In this document: piece after piece, positions 7,947 through 18,442 of the stretch | Numbering within the stretch: the stretch's first letter is position 1 | How the letters are laid out: every line of letters begins with the position of its first letter | Assembly (NCBI GenBank): GCA_049273905.1 | Contig: JBASRP010000458.1 | Span: 1-31,508, forward strand | Direction of reading: 5' to 3' | Source: Actinomycetota bacterium | GTDB lineage: Bacteria; Actinomycetota; AC-67 | Length of the DNA: 31,508 bases | The notes under the pieces: generated by a model | What the model was told of the DNA's origin: nothing | Seen by the model: only the letters and a program-made list of their open reading frames with translations | Databases searched by the model: none | Translations under genes and position numbers: made by a program

Positions 7947-9847
7947 GTCGGACGACTGAGGAGATCGCTGAGCTGTACCGCTGGCGGGTGGCCGAGCGCG
8001 CGGCGGTGCACTCCCAGATGACCGAGATCCGCGACATCGTGAACGGCGACGCCGACCTGCCGACCGACGAGCTCTCCGAGGAATCCAAACCGGCCGTCGC
8101 CAATCTGATTTCGCAAGGAGGGACGCAAATGGCGCTCCGGTGCGCCTCGGTGCTCCCCGATCTATCGCTCCCGCCGTTGCGCCCCGAATCCAAGCAGTCG
8201 CAGCGCCGTTCGGCCGAGGGCCGCAAGGCCGTGTTCGGGATGTGGGAGCACAATCGTATGCGGCTGATCCTGCGTAAGCGGGCCCGCTACCTGCTGTTCG
8301 ATGGCGAGACCCCGATCGTGGTGGTCCCCGATTTCAAGGCGAGGATCCCCCGTTGGGAGGTGCGGGACCCGATCAACTCCTATCCCCCGCCCGGCATGGG
8401 CCTGTCGCCCATTGTGGAGGACTGCATCTTCACGTACACCCAGACCTACCGCTGGCTACGTGATGCCTACCCCGAGGCTGCGGGGCGGATGCCTGAAACC
8501 GCCAGGGAGCCCGACGCCACCGTCCTGTTGCTCGAATACTGGGACGAGCAGGACCGCGTGCTGGTGGCCATCGGGTCCTCGCGGAGGGGGCGAACGCCGT
8601 CCGTGCTGTACCAGCCCCCGGGGCGCTCCGCGGCCTTCCCATATAAAGGAGGGGAGACGGGCTCGCAGACGACCTCATGGTGGTCGTCCACCACGGGTAG
8701 TAGCGACTACGAGTCCGTGGAGTGCGAGCGGTACGCCCACGGCCTCGAGATGTGCCCCGTCGTCTACCCCACCCGGATCACGCTCGACCGCCTGCAGGGC
8801 CAGTTCGACCAGTTGATCGGGCTCTACATCATGCAGGCGAAGCTCATGGCCCTGTCGGTCATCGGGGTCCAGCGCGGGGTGCTGCCCGAGGTCTGGCTGG
8901 AGTCGAGCCAGGCGAACCAGACCGGCAAGATCGTGCAGAAGGCCGACGCCCGCACCGGCAAGGTCGGCATCGTGCAGGACGGTCGGTTGGTCCCGTTCCG
9001 TACCGAGCCGGGGTTCCAGACCGGGCCCATGCTCGACCGGCTGGAGTACGCCATCCGGCAGTCGGGCGGGATCCCTCCGGAGTTCGGCGGGTCCAGCCAG
9101 TCCAACGTACGGACCGGGCGCCGGGGCGAGAACATCCTGAGCGCGGCCATCGACTTCCCCATCCAGGAGGCGCAGGAGATCCTCGGGTTCTCCCTGCAGG
9201 CCGAGACCCAGATCGCTATTGCCACCTCGAAACGGCACTGGGGCAACCGGGAGGTCTCCTACTTCGTGGACTGGAAGGGCGCGAAGGGACGGATCACCTA
9301 CCGGCCGAACAAGGTGTTCGAGTCCGACGAGGTGCGGGTCTCCTACGCGATGGCCGGCAGCGACTCGAACCAGGTGGTCATCGGCGGCGGTCAGCGGCTC
9401 GGGCTTAAGACGCTCTCCCGCCGGTCCTTCCAGAAGCTCGACGGCTGGGTGGAGGACCCCGAGTTCGAGCACGATCAGATCACGGCCGAAGGGCTCGAGG
9501 ACGCCCTGCTCGCCAGCCTGCAGCAGCAGGCCGCGGCTGGCGCCCTTCCCCCGACGGACCTCGCCCGGGTCATCGAGCTCATCAAGTCGGACCGCATGGA
9601 ACTGCCCGAGGCCGTCGCCCGCGTGCAACAGGAGGCGCAGGAGCGTCAGGCCACGCCGGTCGAGGCAGGCGCGCCCGAGGCGGAACCTGGCATAGCGGTG
9701 CCGGGCGCCGGGGCGGAGCAGCCGATCGAGACCATCGAGGGCCCACCGCGCGATCTGAGCAACCTCACGTCGCTGCTCGGGGCGCTCAGGCTTCCGCAGC
9801 AGATGGGGCGCGCGGAGCGCGGGCAGTCCATCGCAGGAGGTAGATGA
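7943..9847 (+). CDS. portal (head-tail connector) protein
   Basis: 634 aa, coupled to terL (GTGA overlap); VRDPINSYP motif and helical character typical of portals; synteny. Confidence 0.85.
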   Translation: MSRTTEEIAELYRWRVAERAAVHSQMTEIRDIVNGDADLPTDELSEESKPAVANLISQGGTQMALRCASVLPDLSLPPLRPESKQSQRRSAEGRKAVFGMWEHNRMRLILRKRARYLLFDGETPIVVVPDFKARIPRWEVRDPINSYPPPGMGLSPIVEDCIFTYTQTYRWLRDAYPEAAGRMPETAREPDATVLLLEYWDEQDRVLVAIGSSRRGRTPSVLYQPPGRSAAFPYKGGETGSQTTSWWSSTTGSSDYESVECERYAHGLEMCPVVYPTRITLDRLQGQFDQLIGLYIMQAKLMALSVIGVQRGVLPEVWLESSQANQTGKIVQKADARTGKVGIVQDGRLVPFRTEPGFQTGPMLDRLEYAIRQSGGIPPEFGGSSQSNVRTGRRGENILSAAIDFPIQEAQEILGFSLQAETQIAIATSKRHWGNREVSYFVDWKGAKGRITYRPNKVFESDEVRVSYAMAGSDSNQVVIGGGQRLGLKTLSRRSFQKLDGWVEDPEFEHDQITAEGLEDALLASLQQQAAAGALPPTDLARVIELIKSDRMELPEAVARVQQEAQERQATPVEAGAPEAEPGIAVPGAGAEQPIETIEGPPRDLSNLTSLLGALRLPQQMGRAERGQSIAGGR

Positions 9848-10137
9848 TGGCGAAATACCGGAAGAAGCCGGTCGTGATTGAGGCCATGATGTTCACCGAG
9901 GACAACGCCTTTGAGGTACAGAAGTTCATTGGTGACGCAGGGCAGGCATCGAATCGCCCGTCGTTTGTGCGGATCGACACACTTGAAGGGCCGCTATACG
10001 CTTCGCCTGGGTGCTGGATCATTCGTGGTGTAGCAGGCGAGTTCTACCCGTGTCAACCCGACATCTTTGAGGCGACCTACGATCCGGTTGATCCTGATTC
10101 TGCCGTCGCTGCCATCCGTGAGATGCGGGGGTACTAA
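9847..10137 (+). CDS. conserved phage protein (KYRKKPVVIEA...TLEG...GEFYPC family)
   Basis: Recognisable widespread phage hypothetical family; start 9844 or 9847. Confidence 0.8.
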   Translation: MAKYRKKPVVIEAMMFTEDNAFEVQKFIGDAGQASNRPSFVRIDTLEGPLYASPGCWIIRGVAGEFYPCQPDIFEATYDPVDPDSAVAAIREMRGY

Positions 10138-10559
10138 TGGCCGACGGCCGTGGAGGCAGGCGGGTGGGGACGCCGGGTCGAGCTTATGGTCCGTCGCGTT
10201 CTGATCTCAATGTCAACCGGGTGGCGCTGCCCACTCCCGACACCGGCACCTACGGTGAGGCTGCGACGCAGCGCCGGGGGCTGCAGTCAGTGCCGGCTGG
10301 CGTCCCGAAGCTCCCGCCGTTCAACCGGCCGACTGAGTTCCCGGCCGAGCCGATCACCGCGGGGATGCCGCGCGGCCCCGGCCCCGGTCCTGAGGCGCTG
10401 GCGAATCTGCCGAGCGCCAATCAGACCCCGCAGATGGCCGACCTCGAGCGGATGCGCCGGGTGCTGCCCGCGCTTGAGGTGATGGCCGATCTGGAGGACA
10501 CCTCCGACGCCTTCCGTCTGTACGTGCGGAAGCTCCGGGGACAGATCAGGGCGTTGTAG
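10137..10559 (+). CDS. Pro/Gly-rich hypothetical virion-region protein
   Basis: Coupled to neighbours; RPTEFPAEPITAG...GPGPGPEAL segment. Confidence 0.75.
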   Translation: MADGRGGRRVGTPGRAYGPSRSDLNVNRVALPTPDTGTYGEAATQRRGLQSVPAGVPKLPPFNRPTEFPAEPITAGMPRGPGPGPEALANLPSANQTPQMADLERMRRVLPALEVMADLEDTSDAFRLYVRKLRGQIRAL

Positions 10560-13500
10560 ATGGCCGACCGCATCGGCGGGGCCATCACCTCCGGGTTCGG
10601 CGGGCTGACCAAAGCCATCAAGAGCGACTACCGGGACTACCCGGAAGGCTCTGCGCAACGTGCCCAACTCCTCGCAGCCGATGTGGCTGCCAACCGCGCG
10701 CAGGCACAAGCCGAAGTGGGGCGTGCCCAGCAGAGGCGGGAAGGGATCCGCAAGCAGGCTGAGGCCGAGCGGGCCCAGCGCGAAGCCAGGGCGAGGGAGG
10801 TTCAGCCGGGGTTTCGCACGCGCATCGCGGACTTCGTGACCAAGGGTGTGCTCAAGACCGTGCAGGCCCCGTTCGGGCTGGTCTATGACCTTGCGCGCGC
10901 CCCCTTCAACGGGGACGAGGACTTCGACCTCTCCGACACCTTGTCCGAGCGCGGGGGCCAGGTGATCGGGGGACTGATCGGGCCGCGGGGCGCAATCGGC
11001 TCGGCCATCGGGCTGCTTCCGCCGGCGGTCCGGGAGTTCGGGACGACACTGCTCAAGACGCAGGAGGATCTGCGGCGGGAGGCGCTGATCGAGCCGATCA
11101 CCAAGGCGATTCGTGGCGAAGCTCCGTACTCCTTGTCGGGAGACCTCAGCGCGTTCGACGACCCCAACGCTCCGAACACCATCGGCCGTGGGCTCATCGC
11201 ACCGACCGGGCTCAACTCCGAGGAGGGGGCGGGGCGGATCATCTCGGGCGGGCTGGACGTGGTGTCGGCCATTTTCATCGACCCGCTCGCGGTGCTTGGT
11301 GTCGGGGGCGTAGCCGCGCGGCGCGGAATCAAGGGGGTAAAAGGCACAGCTGAAATCGTGGAGACCGGGGGTCTGCGCAAGATCCTGCCCGGTGTGGAGG
11401 ACGTCTCCGCGGCCCGGCAGCTCGCCAAGGCCGTCGACTCCAAGACCGCGACTACGTTCATCGAGCGCATCGGGGACATGCCCGAGCAGCAGATTTACGA
11501 CTCCTTCTTCTCCAACCATCCCAACGGGCCGGCGCTGGCGGCGGCGTTGAAGGAGGGGGGCGACACCGAGGGCCGCAAGCTGGTGCTCAAGGCCATGCTC
11601 GGGGACATCGACGCAAAGGTGGCGCTTGAGGCCAAGGGCAACGAGGCGGCCGTCATTCTCGACAACCTGCAGACCAGTCTTGATGCGGTGCCCGCCGCGC
11701 TGCCGCAGTCCTTTCCCGGTCCCGCTCTTGTAAAGGAAGGAATCGACCCGGTGGTGGAGGCGGCCAGCCGCGCCGACCAGCAGGCCCGGCGCGCGATCGC
11801 TGTATGGGACGAGCTCGACCGGATCCCGACCGAGACCCTGTTGGGCAAAGTGCGGACGGGGCAAAGTGCGTTGGCGCAAAAGTTCGGGTCCCGCTCCGAC
11901 TTCTACCAGTCCTCGGCGTGGGCACGCCCCATCCATGGGGTGTTCGACCGGTTGCCCAAGGCCAACGTGGACCTCAATCGTCCGTCGTCGGCGCAGGATT
12001 TCCAGCGGATGCTCAACACCGCGCGCATGCCGGTCGGCCGTCGCGACGGGTGGATGGCCCGGTACGCGCGGGCACAGACGGCCTCCGACCGCTACGTGGT
12101 CTTCCAGCAGGCCGAGGAAGCGTCCATGCGCCACCTCGCTGAGAGCCGGGGCATCTCACCCGACGAGATCGACGAGATGGTGGCTATCGTCAACCGGGGC
12201 CGTTCGCAGCTGACACGCTCGGTGTCGGAGCGGGTCTACGCCGGGCATGGCCGGGACCTCATCACGCTCGATGACGGGCTCGGGCCGATCGAACAGATCC
12301 ACTATCCGGTGTTCGCCACACAGACCCCCAACTACTTCCACCTCGGGGACTTCGACCGTGTGCGGCGCACGGTGACCCGGTGGGGGCAGTTTAAGGCGAG
12401 GCACCCCAGCGTCACCGTGCCTCTCAACGTGATGAGCGAGTTCCAGGACATCTGGCGGCCGGCACAGATCATGAAGGTGTCGACCTCATTGGTGATCCAG
12501 ACGGACCAGCAGGCTCGGATCTACGCCAAGCTCGGGGCTCTTACGCAGGTCAAGACTATCAGCCGCCGCGCGTTCAACTACACACGGGACACCATCGACG
12601 GTGTGCCTGCGGTCGAGCGGGGTCTGCGGACCCGGCGTTTCAAGGGCGTCTCCTACCAGGACCCGTTCGGGGCGACTGGCGACGACGCCCGCCTGCTCCG
12701 CAACATCAACTCGGGCCGTTCGAGCATGGACGAACTGCGGCGCGCCGAGATCACGGAGGGGCAGAAAGGACCGCAGTTGGCAAAGGGTGGGTTCCGGGAG
12801 GTGGCTCCCACCGAGGAGGCGGTCCATCTTCCCGCCATGAGCCACGCCCTCAACCACCAGCTCGGAAAGGACCCGCTGGCCCGGCAGATTCTCGAGGGGC
12901 GCAGCCGGGACGAGATCCTAGGGTGGATGCGGGGTCCGGAGGGGCGAGCGTACAGGTCGGAGCTTCCCCTCCGGAGCAATCTCGAAAACTGGGTGGACAC
13001 CGCCACCGACGTCGTGCACTCCGTCACCACCGGGTCCGACGAGCTGGCGCAGCTGGCGCTCGAGGGCAAGGTCACGCCCGACGACATCAAGCGGATCATC
13101 CCCGATACCGCCGCCCGGCCGAATGTCAACGGCATGGTGGTGGACCAGATCGGAGCCACCTCCGAGTTGGCCCGGTTCGCGCAGACAACTGTGGACCGCT
13201 TCTTCAAGTGGATCTTCGCCCAACCCGACGACGTGCTGAGCCGCAACCCTCTGTATGACGCGCTCTACACGTCGGAGATGGAGCGGATGATCGGACTGGC
13301 GCTCGACCAGGGGGCCAAGGTCACCGACACCATGACGGCCGGGTTCGCCAAGAAGGCACGCGAGTTGGCGTTACGGGAGGCCAAGACCACCCTCTACGAT
13401 CTCGCGGATCAGTCCCGTGCGGCCGAGATCCTGCGGTTCGCCGTGCCGTTCTTCGAGCCCGTGCGTGAGGGCATCACGATCTGGTCCGAGCTCGCCATGC

Positions 13501-15014
13501 AGCATCCGCAGCGGGTGGCGAGGATCTACGCTCTGCTCCGTGCGCCGATCCGGGCCGGGTTTGTGCGGGACGAGCGGGGCAACGTCATCAACGAGAACGG
13601 GGAGCACATCGACCCGAACACGGGTGAGGTGGTCACCGGGGATCTCGCCGGGAAGCGGCAGCTGATCGCGCTGCCCCTACCGTCATGGGTGCGGGAGGCC
13701 CCGTGGATCGGCAAGGCGCTTGGGGCGACCGGCAACCTCACACTTGATCTCCGGTCGATCAAGATTGGGTTTCCCCGCGAGATGGGGTTCGGCCCCATCA
13801 TCCAGATCCCTCTCAACCAGCTGGTGCGTTCCAAGCCGTCACTCGAGGAAGCGGTGGAGTTCCTGCTGCCGTTCGGTACGACCGATATCCCCATCGCTAA
13901 GCAGCTGCTCCCCGCCTCGGTGCGCAACCTGCTTATCGGCGCGGAGGGGGACGACAACCGGGCATACGCCGGCGCCCAGACCGCCACCATGCTCAAGAAG
14001 CTGACGGACTTCCGCCTGGAGGAGGGCCGTGTGCCGACCGAGGAGGAGCTGTCGGTCATGCGCCAGGAGGCCATCGACGAGACCCGTTCGTTCTGGTCGC
14101 TCAAGATGGCGGTCTCCTATCTGACCCCCTTCGCCATCGGCTACGAGTCGCCGTACAAGCCCTATGCCGACGCCTACCGGGCGGCGCAGTCCCTCTACTC
14201 GAAGGACAAGATGGCGCTGGCGGATCCGCTTGGGGAGGAACGGAGTCCCGACGAGTGGTTCGTGCAGACCCACGGCGAGGAGTATTTCGCCGTGACCCGC
14301 TCAGTCACCAAGTCGCTGAACGGGGTGCCCGCCACGGTCGCTGGTGCTGAGGAGGCCGAGCGTCTGACGGATCTGGTGCAGGCATATCCCGAGCTCGGCG
14401 GCCTGATCGCCGGGTCGGACGGGACCGGTGAGTTCAACCGGACGGTATGGCTCAACCAGCTCAACACCCCGCTCAAGACGGGCTCGAGCCAGAACATGCG
14501 CAAGGTGCTCGACCTTGTGGAGGCGTCCAAGGAGCCGCAGGTGGACCTCGGGTGGCAGGAGTTCTCGGCCGGCATGGACATCATCGACGCCGCCCGGAAG
14601 GAGCGGGGATTGACGAGCCTCAGCGGCGCCGCCGCGGCCGATCTTGCGGAGGCCAAGCGGACGTTCATCGCGGAGCTGTCGGCCAAGTATCCGGCGTGGG
14701 CCGACATCTATGGTGACACCGATGCGAACAAGTGGAAGCATAAGATCGAGGGGCTGGAGAAGATCGCTGCCGACCCGCGCCTCGCCAATCGCAGGGAGAT
14801 CGAAATGCTGGGGCAGTACCTCGAGGGGCGGCGGGTGATCCAGCAGCAGCTTGCCGCGCGCGACGACGCCGGCGGGGCCAAGACGCTCTCCGCGCAGTCC
14901 AACGCTGACCTCGCACAGGCATGGGACGAGTTCAACGCCGAGATGGTGGACGGAAATCTTGCGTGGGCCGACGTCTACCACCGCTACCTCGAACTCGATC
15001 CGGTGGTGCAGTGA
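10560..15014 (+). CDS. large putative internal virion/DNA-ejection protein
   Basis: 1484 aa, alpha-helical, hydrophobic segment near aa 230-250, in a virion operon lacking long-tail genes; function inferred. Confidence 0.7.
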   Translation: MADRIGGAITSGFGGLTKAIKSDYRDYPEGSAQRAQLLAADVAANRAQAQAEVGRAQQRREGIRKQAEAERAQREARAREVQPGFRTRIADFVTKGVLKTVQAPFGLVYDLARAPFNGDEDFDLSDTLSERGGQVIGGLIGPRGAIGSAIGLLPPAVREFGTTLLKTQEDLRREALIEPITKAIRGEAPYSLSGDLSAFDDPNAPNTIGRGLIAPTGLNSEEGAGRIISGGLDVVSAIFIDPLAVLGVGGVAARRGIKGVKGTAEIVETGGLRKILPGVEDVSAARQLAKAVDSKTATTFIERIGDMPEQQIYDSFFSNHPNGPALAAALKEGGDTEGRKLVLKAMLGDIDAKVALEAKGNEAAVILDNLQTSLDAVPAALPQSFPGPALVKEGIDPVVEAASRADQQARRAIAVWDELDRIPTETLLGKVRTGQSALAQKFGSRSDFYQSSAWARPIHGVFDRLPKANVDLNRPSSAQDFQRMLNTARMPVGRRDGWMARYARAQTASDRYVVFQQAEEASMRHLAESRGISPDEIDEMVAIVNRGRSQLTRSVSERVYAGHGRDLITLDDGLGPIEQIHYPVFATQTPNYFHLGDFDRVRRTVTRWGQFKARHPSVTVPLNVMSEFQDIWRPAQIMKVSTSLVIQTDQQARIYAKLGALTQVKTISRRAFNYTRDTIDGVPAVERGLRTRRFKGVSYQDPFGATGDDARLLRNINSGRSSMDELRRAEITEGQKGPQLAKGGFREVAPTEEAVHLPAMSHALNHQLGKDPLARQILEGRSRDEILGWMRGPEGRAYRSELPLRSNLENWVDTATDVVHSVTTGSDELAQLALEGKVTPDDIKRIIPDTAARPNVNGMVVDQIGATSELARFAQTTVDRFFKWIFAQPDDVLSRNPLYDALYTSEMERMIGLALDQGAKVTDTMTAGFAKKARELALREAKTTLYDLADQSRAAEILRFAVPFFEPVREGITIWSELAMQHPQRVARIYALLRAPIRAGFVRDERGNVINENGEHIDPNTGEVVTGDLAGKRQLIALPLPSWVREAPWIGKALGATGNLTLDLRSIKIGFPREMGFGPIIQIPLNQLVRSKPSLEEAVEFLLPFGTTDIPIAKQLLPASVRNLLIGAEGDDNRAYAGAQTATMLKKLTDFRLEEGRVPTEEELSVMRQEAIDETRSFWSLKMAVSYLTPFAIGYESPYKPYADAYRAAQSLYSKDKMALADPLGEERSPDEWFVQTHGEEYFAVTRSVTKSLNGVPATVAGAEEAERLTDLVQAYPELGGLIAGSDGTGEFNRTVWLNQLNTPLKTGSSQNMRKVLDLVEASKEPQVDLGWQEFSAGMDIIDAARKERGLTSLSGAAAADLAEAKRTFIAELSAKYPAWADIYGDTDANKWKHKIEGLEKIAADPRLANRREIEMLGQYLEGRRVIQQQLAARDDAGGAKTLSAQSNADLAQAWDEFNAEMVDGNLAWADVYHRYLELDPVVQ

Positions 15015-15787
15015 TGGCCGACAATCCGCTCGGGAACCTGCAGTCCAAGGTAGACACAGGTGTGGTGCAGGTGGGCTCGGAAACGCGGTTCAAGTGGACC
15101 CCACCGGGCCCTGCCCCCATCGCTCCGCCCGGTACGTCCGTCGCAGTGAGAATGCAGAACCTCGGTCTCACGACGGGGCCCAAGCAGATCACGAAATCCG
15201 AGGCTCGCAAGATGCTGTCGGGCATGAGCCAGGAGGATTTCTTTCAGCTCCAGCAGCAGCTCTACGGCCGGGGTCTGTACGAGAGTGCCTACTACAGCGG
15301 GGATCCCCGACCGGTGAGCTGGGGCGCGCTCGGGGATCCTGACACCATTCAGGCGTTCGTGACCGCGACCAACCTCGCGGATTACACCGGGGATCTCGAC
15401 CAGATCCTCAACGGGGCCATCGACTCCCGGCTGGCTGGCGGTGGAGGAGGAGGTCGCGGTGGGCCGACGCGTGCTCCCCTCGTCATCGAACTGCCGAGTG
15501 CGGAGGATCTCGGGGCTGTGCTCAAGCAGTCGGCCACCAAGTTGCTCGGGCGCAACCCGACCTCCGACGAATTGGCGGCGTTCGTGGCCGACTTCCAGTC
15601 CGACAGTGCCGCCTACCAGCGGGAGTCCTACGGCAAGGCCGTGAGCGGCGGGACGGTGGGCCAGCCTCCGACCGCCTCTACCGCGGCCGAAACGTTTCTG
15701 CAGGAGAAGGCCCCGGTGGAGGCAGGGGCGCAGAAGCTCGAGGGTGGACTGGGGGTCCTGCTGCGCATGTTCGGAGGTGGCGGGTAG
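15014..15787 (+). CDS. putative internal virion protein
   Basis: ATG overlaps upstream TGA (TGATG); MADNPLGNLQ... 257 aa. Confidence 0.65.
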   Translation: MADNPLGNLQSKVDTGVVQVGSETRFKWTPPGPAPIAPPGTSVAVRMQNLGLTTGPKQITKSEARKMLSGMSQEDFFQLQQQLYGRGLYESAYYSGDPRPVSWGALGDPDTIQAFVTATNLADYTGDLDQILNGAIDSRLAGGGGGGRGGPTRAPLVIELPSAEDLGAVLKQSATKLLGRNPTSDELAAFVADFQSDSAAYQRESYGKAVSGGTVGQPPTASTAAETFLQEKAPVEAGAQKLEGGLGVLLRMFGGGG

Positions 15788-16848
15788 TGGCCACGAAGGC
15801 AGAGATCAAGGAACTGCAGACCGAGCTCAACGCTGCCGGCTACACGGACGACGCCGGGCGACCGCTGGTCGTGGATGGGATCATGGGCCCGCGCACGCGG
15901 CAGGCGATCGCCAAACGGGATGCCGCTGCTCCGGCCGCCGCTCCTGCCGCGGGAACTCCCGCTCCGGCAGGGCAGACCGACGACGAGAAGATCGTCGCTC
16001 TCGCCATGACCCAGCACGGCGGCGTCCTCGCCCCGTTCGTGCAGAACCCGGAGATCCGAAACTTGCTTGGGCGCTACGTGCGGGGGGAGATCGACGAGAA
16101 CACGCTGACTGGGCTGGTCATGCAGACGAACATCTGGCAGACGACCAACGCATCCCAGCGCCAGTGGCAGACGCTCGAGACCACCGACCCGGCCACAGTT
16201 GCGTCACGCATTCAGGCGCAGGCGACGACGCTGGTGGCGACGGCGCGCGAGAAGGGCATCGTGCTGGCACCGAGCCGGGCCGAGACCCTAGCCAAGGAAT
16301 CCCTGCGCAACGGGTGGAACGAGCAGCAGATCAATGACGCGCTGGAAGGGGATTTCGTCTACTCATCGGCGCAGTTACAGGGGCAGGCCGCGGACTTCCG
16401 CTCGCAGGTGGAGAACCTTGCGTCGTCCTACTTCGTGCCGATGTCCGAGGACACCAAGGCGGCGTACGTGACCCGGATGGTCAGCGGCGAGATCGATGCA
16501 GGGTTCGTCGACAGCCAGATGCGTCAGTATGCCAAGAGCCTGTTCCCCACGCTGGCGGATGCCATCGACAAGGGGATCACGGTGGCGCAGTACGCCGACC
16601 CCTACAAGCAGGTGGCTGCCCGGACGCTCGGGGTCAACCCAGCCACCATCGACTTCACCGATCCGAAGTGGGGCAAGGCGCTCATGGCGGTGGACCCCAA
16701 GACGGGCCAGCGCCGGGCTATGAACCTCGACGAGTGGACCCAGACACTCCGTAACGATGAGCGGTACGGCTGGAGAAACACTAAAAATGCTCAAGATGAA
16801 TCCGCGGCACTGGTGCTCAATCTCGCGAAGACGATGGGGAGGCGCTAG
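15787..16848 (+). CDS. putative internal virion protein with N-terminal peptidoglycan-binding (PG_binding_1-like) domain
   Basis: IKELQTELNAAGY...VDGIMGPRTRQAI followed by an Ala/Pro linker. Confidence 0.75.
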   Translation: MATKAEIKELQTELNAAGYTDDAGRPLVVDGIMGPRTRQAIAKRDAAAPAAAPAAGTPAPAGQTDDEKIVALAMTQHGGVLAPFVQNPEIRNLLGRYVRGEIDENTLTGLVMQTNIWQTTNASQRQWQTLETTDPATVASRIQAQATTLVATAREKGIVLAPSRAETLAKESLRNGWNEQQINDALEGDFVYSSAQLQGQAADFRSQVENLASSYFVPMSEDTKAAYVTRMVSGEIDAGFVDSQMRQYAKSLFPTLADAIDKGITVAQYADPYKQVAARTLGVNPATIDFTDPKWGKALMAVDPKTGQRRAMNLDEWTQTLRNDERYGWRNTKNAQDESAALVLNLAKTMGRR

Positions 16849-17814
16849 ATGCCCTTGCTGAGTCTCGGGAACATGGGCACACCGAACATCAACCTCACCG
16901 CGCCTGGTCTCACGGCGGCCGAGCGACAGGCCATCGCCAACCAGACGCTCACGGGCGAGATCGCTGCGAGGTTCGAGCCGCAGTACGGGACGATCCCCGG
17001 GGTCCCCGACGGTGTGGGATTTCTCGGCACCTACCTGCGCTCGCTCGGGCTGGCTGACCTGATCCCTTGGGCCGAGCGCCAACTGCGCCTCGGGACCTCG
17101 CCCGAGCAGGTTGAATTGGAGTTGTGGGAGCAGCCCGCGTTCAAGACCCGGTTCAAGGGGATCTTCGACTTCCAGGCCAATTTCCCCGACCTCGCCCCGC
17201 CGTCGCCGGCCGATGTCATCGCGTTCGAGACCCAGACCCGCCAGATGATGCGGGAGGCGGGGATGCCCGAGGGGTTCTACGACGAACCGTCCGACTTCCA
17301 GGATCTCATCGGCGGCGGGCTTTCGGTACGCGAGGTCTCGGCCCGGATCAATGAGGCGTTCGCTGCCATCGACCAGGGGCCGCAGGACGTGATGGGCGAG
17401 CTGGATCGGCTCTACGGCGTGAGCCGCGGCGAGCTCGCCGCATGGGCACTCGACGAGGATCGGGCTCTGCCCGCCATCATGCGGCAGGTGCAGGCGGCGC
17501 AGCTCGGAGGGGCAGCGCGCCGAGCCGACTTCACGCTTGACGCCGATCGGCTTGAGGAACTGGCCGCGTTCGGGATCACCCAGTCGCAGGCGCAGGCCGG
17601 ATTCCAGCAGCTCGCGGGATTGCGCCCGTTGTTCGAGGCGTTGCCTGGCGAAGGGGTGGCTGGCATCGGCGTGGACGAGCAGTTGGGCGCCGCATTCATG
17701 GGCGACACCGCGGCGCAGCGGGCGCTCCAGCGCAGAGGGCAGGAACGGACCGCGCAATTCGGGGAGACAGGTGGCGCTCTTGTCGGGCAATCGGGGACGT
17801 TAACGTTCCAATGA
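16849..17814 (+). CDS. putative internal virion protein
   Basis: 321 aa helical ORF abutting the upstream stop; SD GGGAGG. Confidence 0.65.
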   Translation: MPLLSLGNMGTPNINLTAPGLTAAERQAIANQTLTGEIAARFEPQYGTIPGVPDGVGFLGTYLRSLGLADLIPWAERQLRLGTSPEQVELELWEQPAFKTRFKGIFDFQANFPDLAPPSPADVIAFETQTRQMMREAGMPEGFYDEPSDFQDLIGGGLSVREVSARINEAFAAIDQGPQDVMGELDRLYGVSRGELAAWALDEDRALPAIMRQVQAAQLGGAARRADFTLDADRLEELAAFGITQSQAQAGFQQLAGLRPLFEALPGEGVAGIGVDEQLGAAFMGDTAAQRALQRRGQERTAQFGETGGALVGQSGTLTFQ

Positions 17815-17928
17815 TCTCTCCAGTAAAGGGTTAGACTCAAGCAACTTTCCACCTGCGGGTGAGACTGAGGGACGGTTCCGGGGGCACCTCAACCTCCGAG
17901 TCGGGGCACCGAGCCGAAAGGGAGACCG

Positions 17929-18420
17929 ATGGGTCAGGAAGACGATGAGCTGGAGGACACTGGAGCGGAGCCGAAGCAGCCGACGTCGGAGGATTTCAAG
18001 GCCCTGCGAAAGCGGGCCAAGGCGTATGACGACGCTGCTGCGGAGAACGCCCGGTTGAAGCGGGAACTGGCGATGACCAAGGCTGGACTGGACCTCACCG
18101 AGCGACAGGCGAAAGCGTTCTGGGCGGCGCACGAGGACGGAGACCTTTCAAAGGAAGCAATCCGTGCGACTGCCGTGGAACTTCGTTTCCTGGAAGCCGA
18201 GGAGGAGGAGTCGGAGCAGGACATCGACGCCCGCGCTGCCGCAGAGCGCATCAACAGGGCCGTCGCCACTGCAACCACTCGGGGCAAGGGCGCTCTCCTG
18301 ACCGTGGAGGATGTCGCGGAGTGGACGCACGAGAAGAAGCGTCGCTTCATGGACAAGAATCCCGACGCGTGGGAACAGCTCAAGCGCGGGGAGTCTGTGT
18401 CCGTGGTGGGGGGCTTCTGA
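17929..18420 (+). CDS. capsid scaffolding protein
   Basis: Acidic N-terminus, coiled coil, directly upstream of major capsid; SD AAAGGGAG. Confidence 0.75.
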   Translation: MGQEDDELEDTGAEPKQPTSEDFKALRKRAKAYDDAAAENARLKRELAMTKAGLDLTERQAKAFWAAHEDGDLSKEAIRATAVELRFLEAEEEESEQDIDARAAAERINRAVATATTRGKGALLTVEDVAEWTHEKKRRFMDKNPDAWEQLKRGESVSVVGGF

Positions 18421-18442
18421 TCCTCCCGAAGGCAGGTGAACT

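Noticed and set aside
10287..12134. 615-aa minus-strand ORF (likewise 6534-7814, 8675-9628, 16375-17790, 18380-19591, 23801-24952)
   Set aside because: Antisense shadows of well-supported plus-strand genes, common in high-GC DNA, with no motifs
10560..15014. Tape measure protein or virion RNA polymerase
   Set aside because: No tail tube or chaperone genes nearby, no periodic tape-measure repeats and no polymerase motifs recognised
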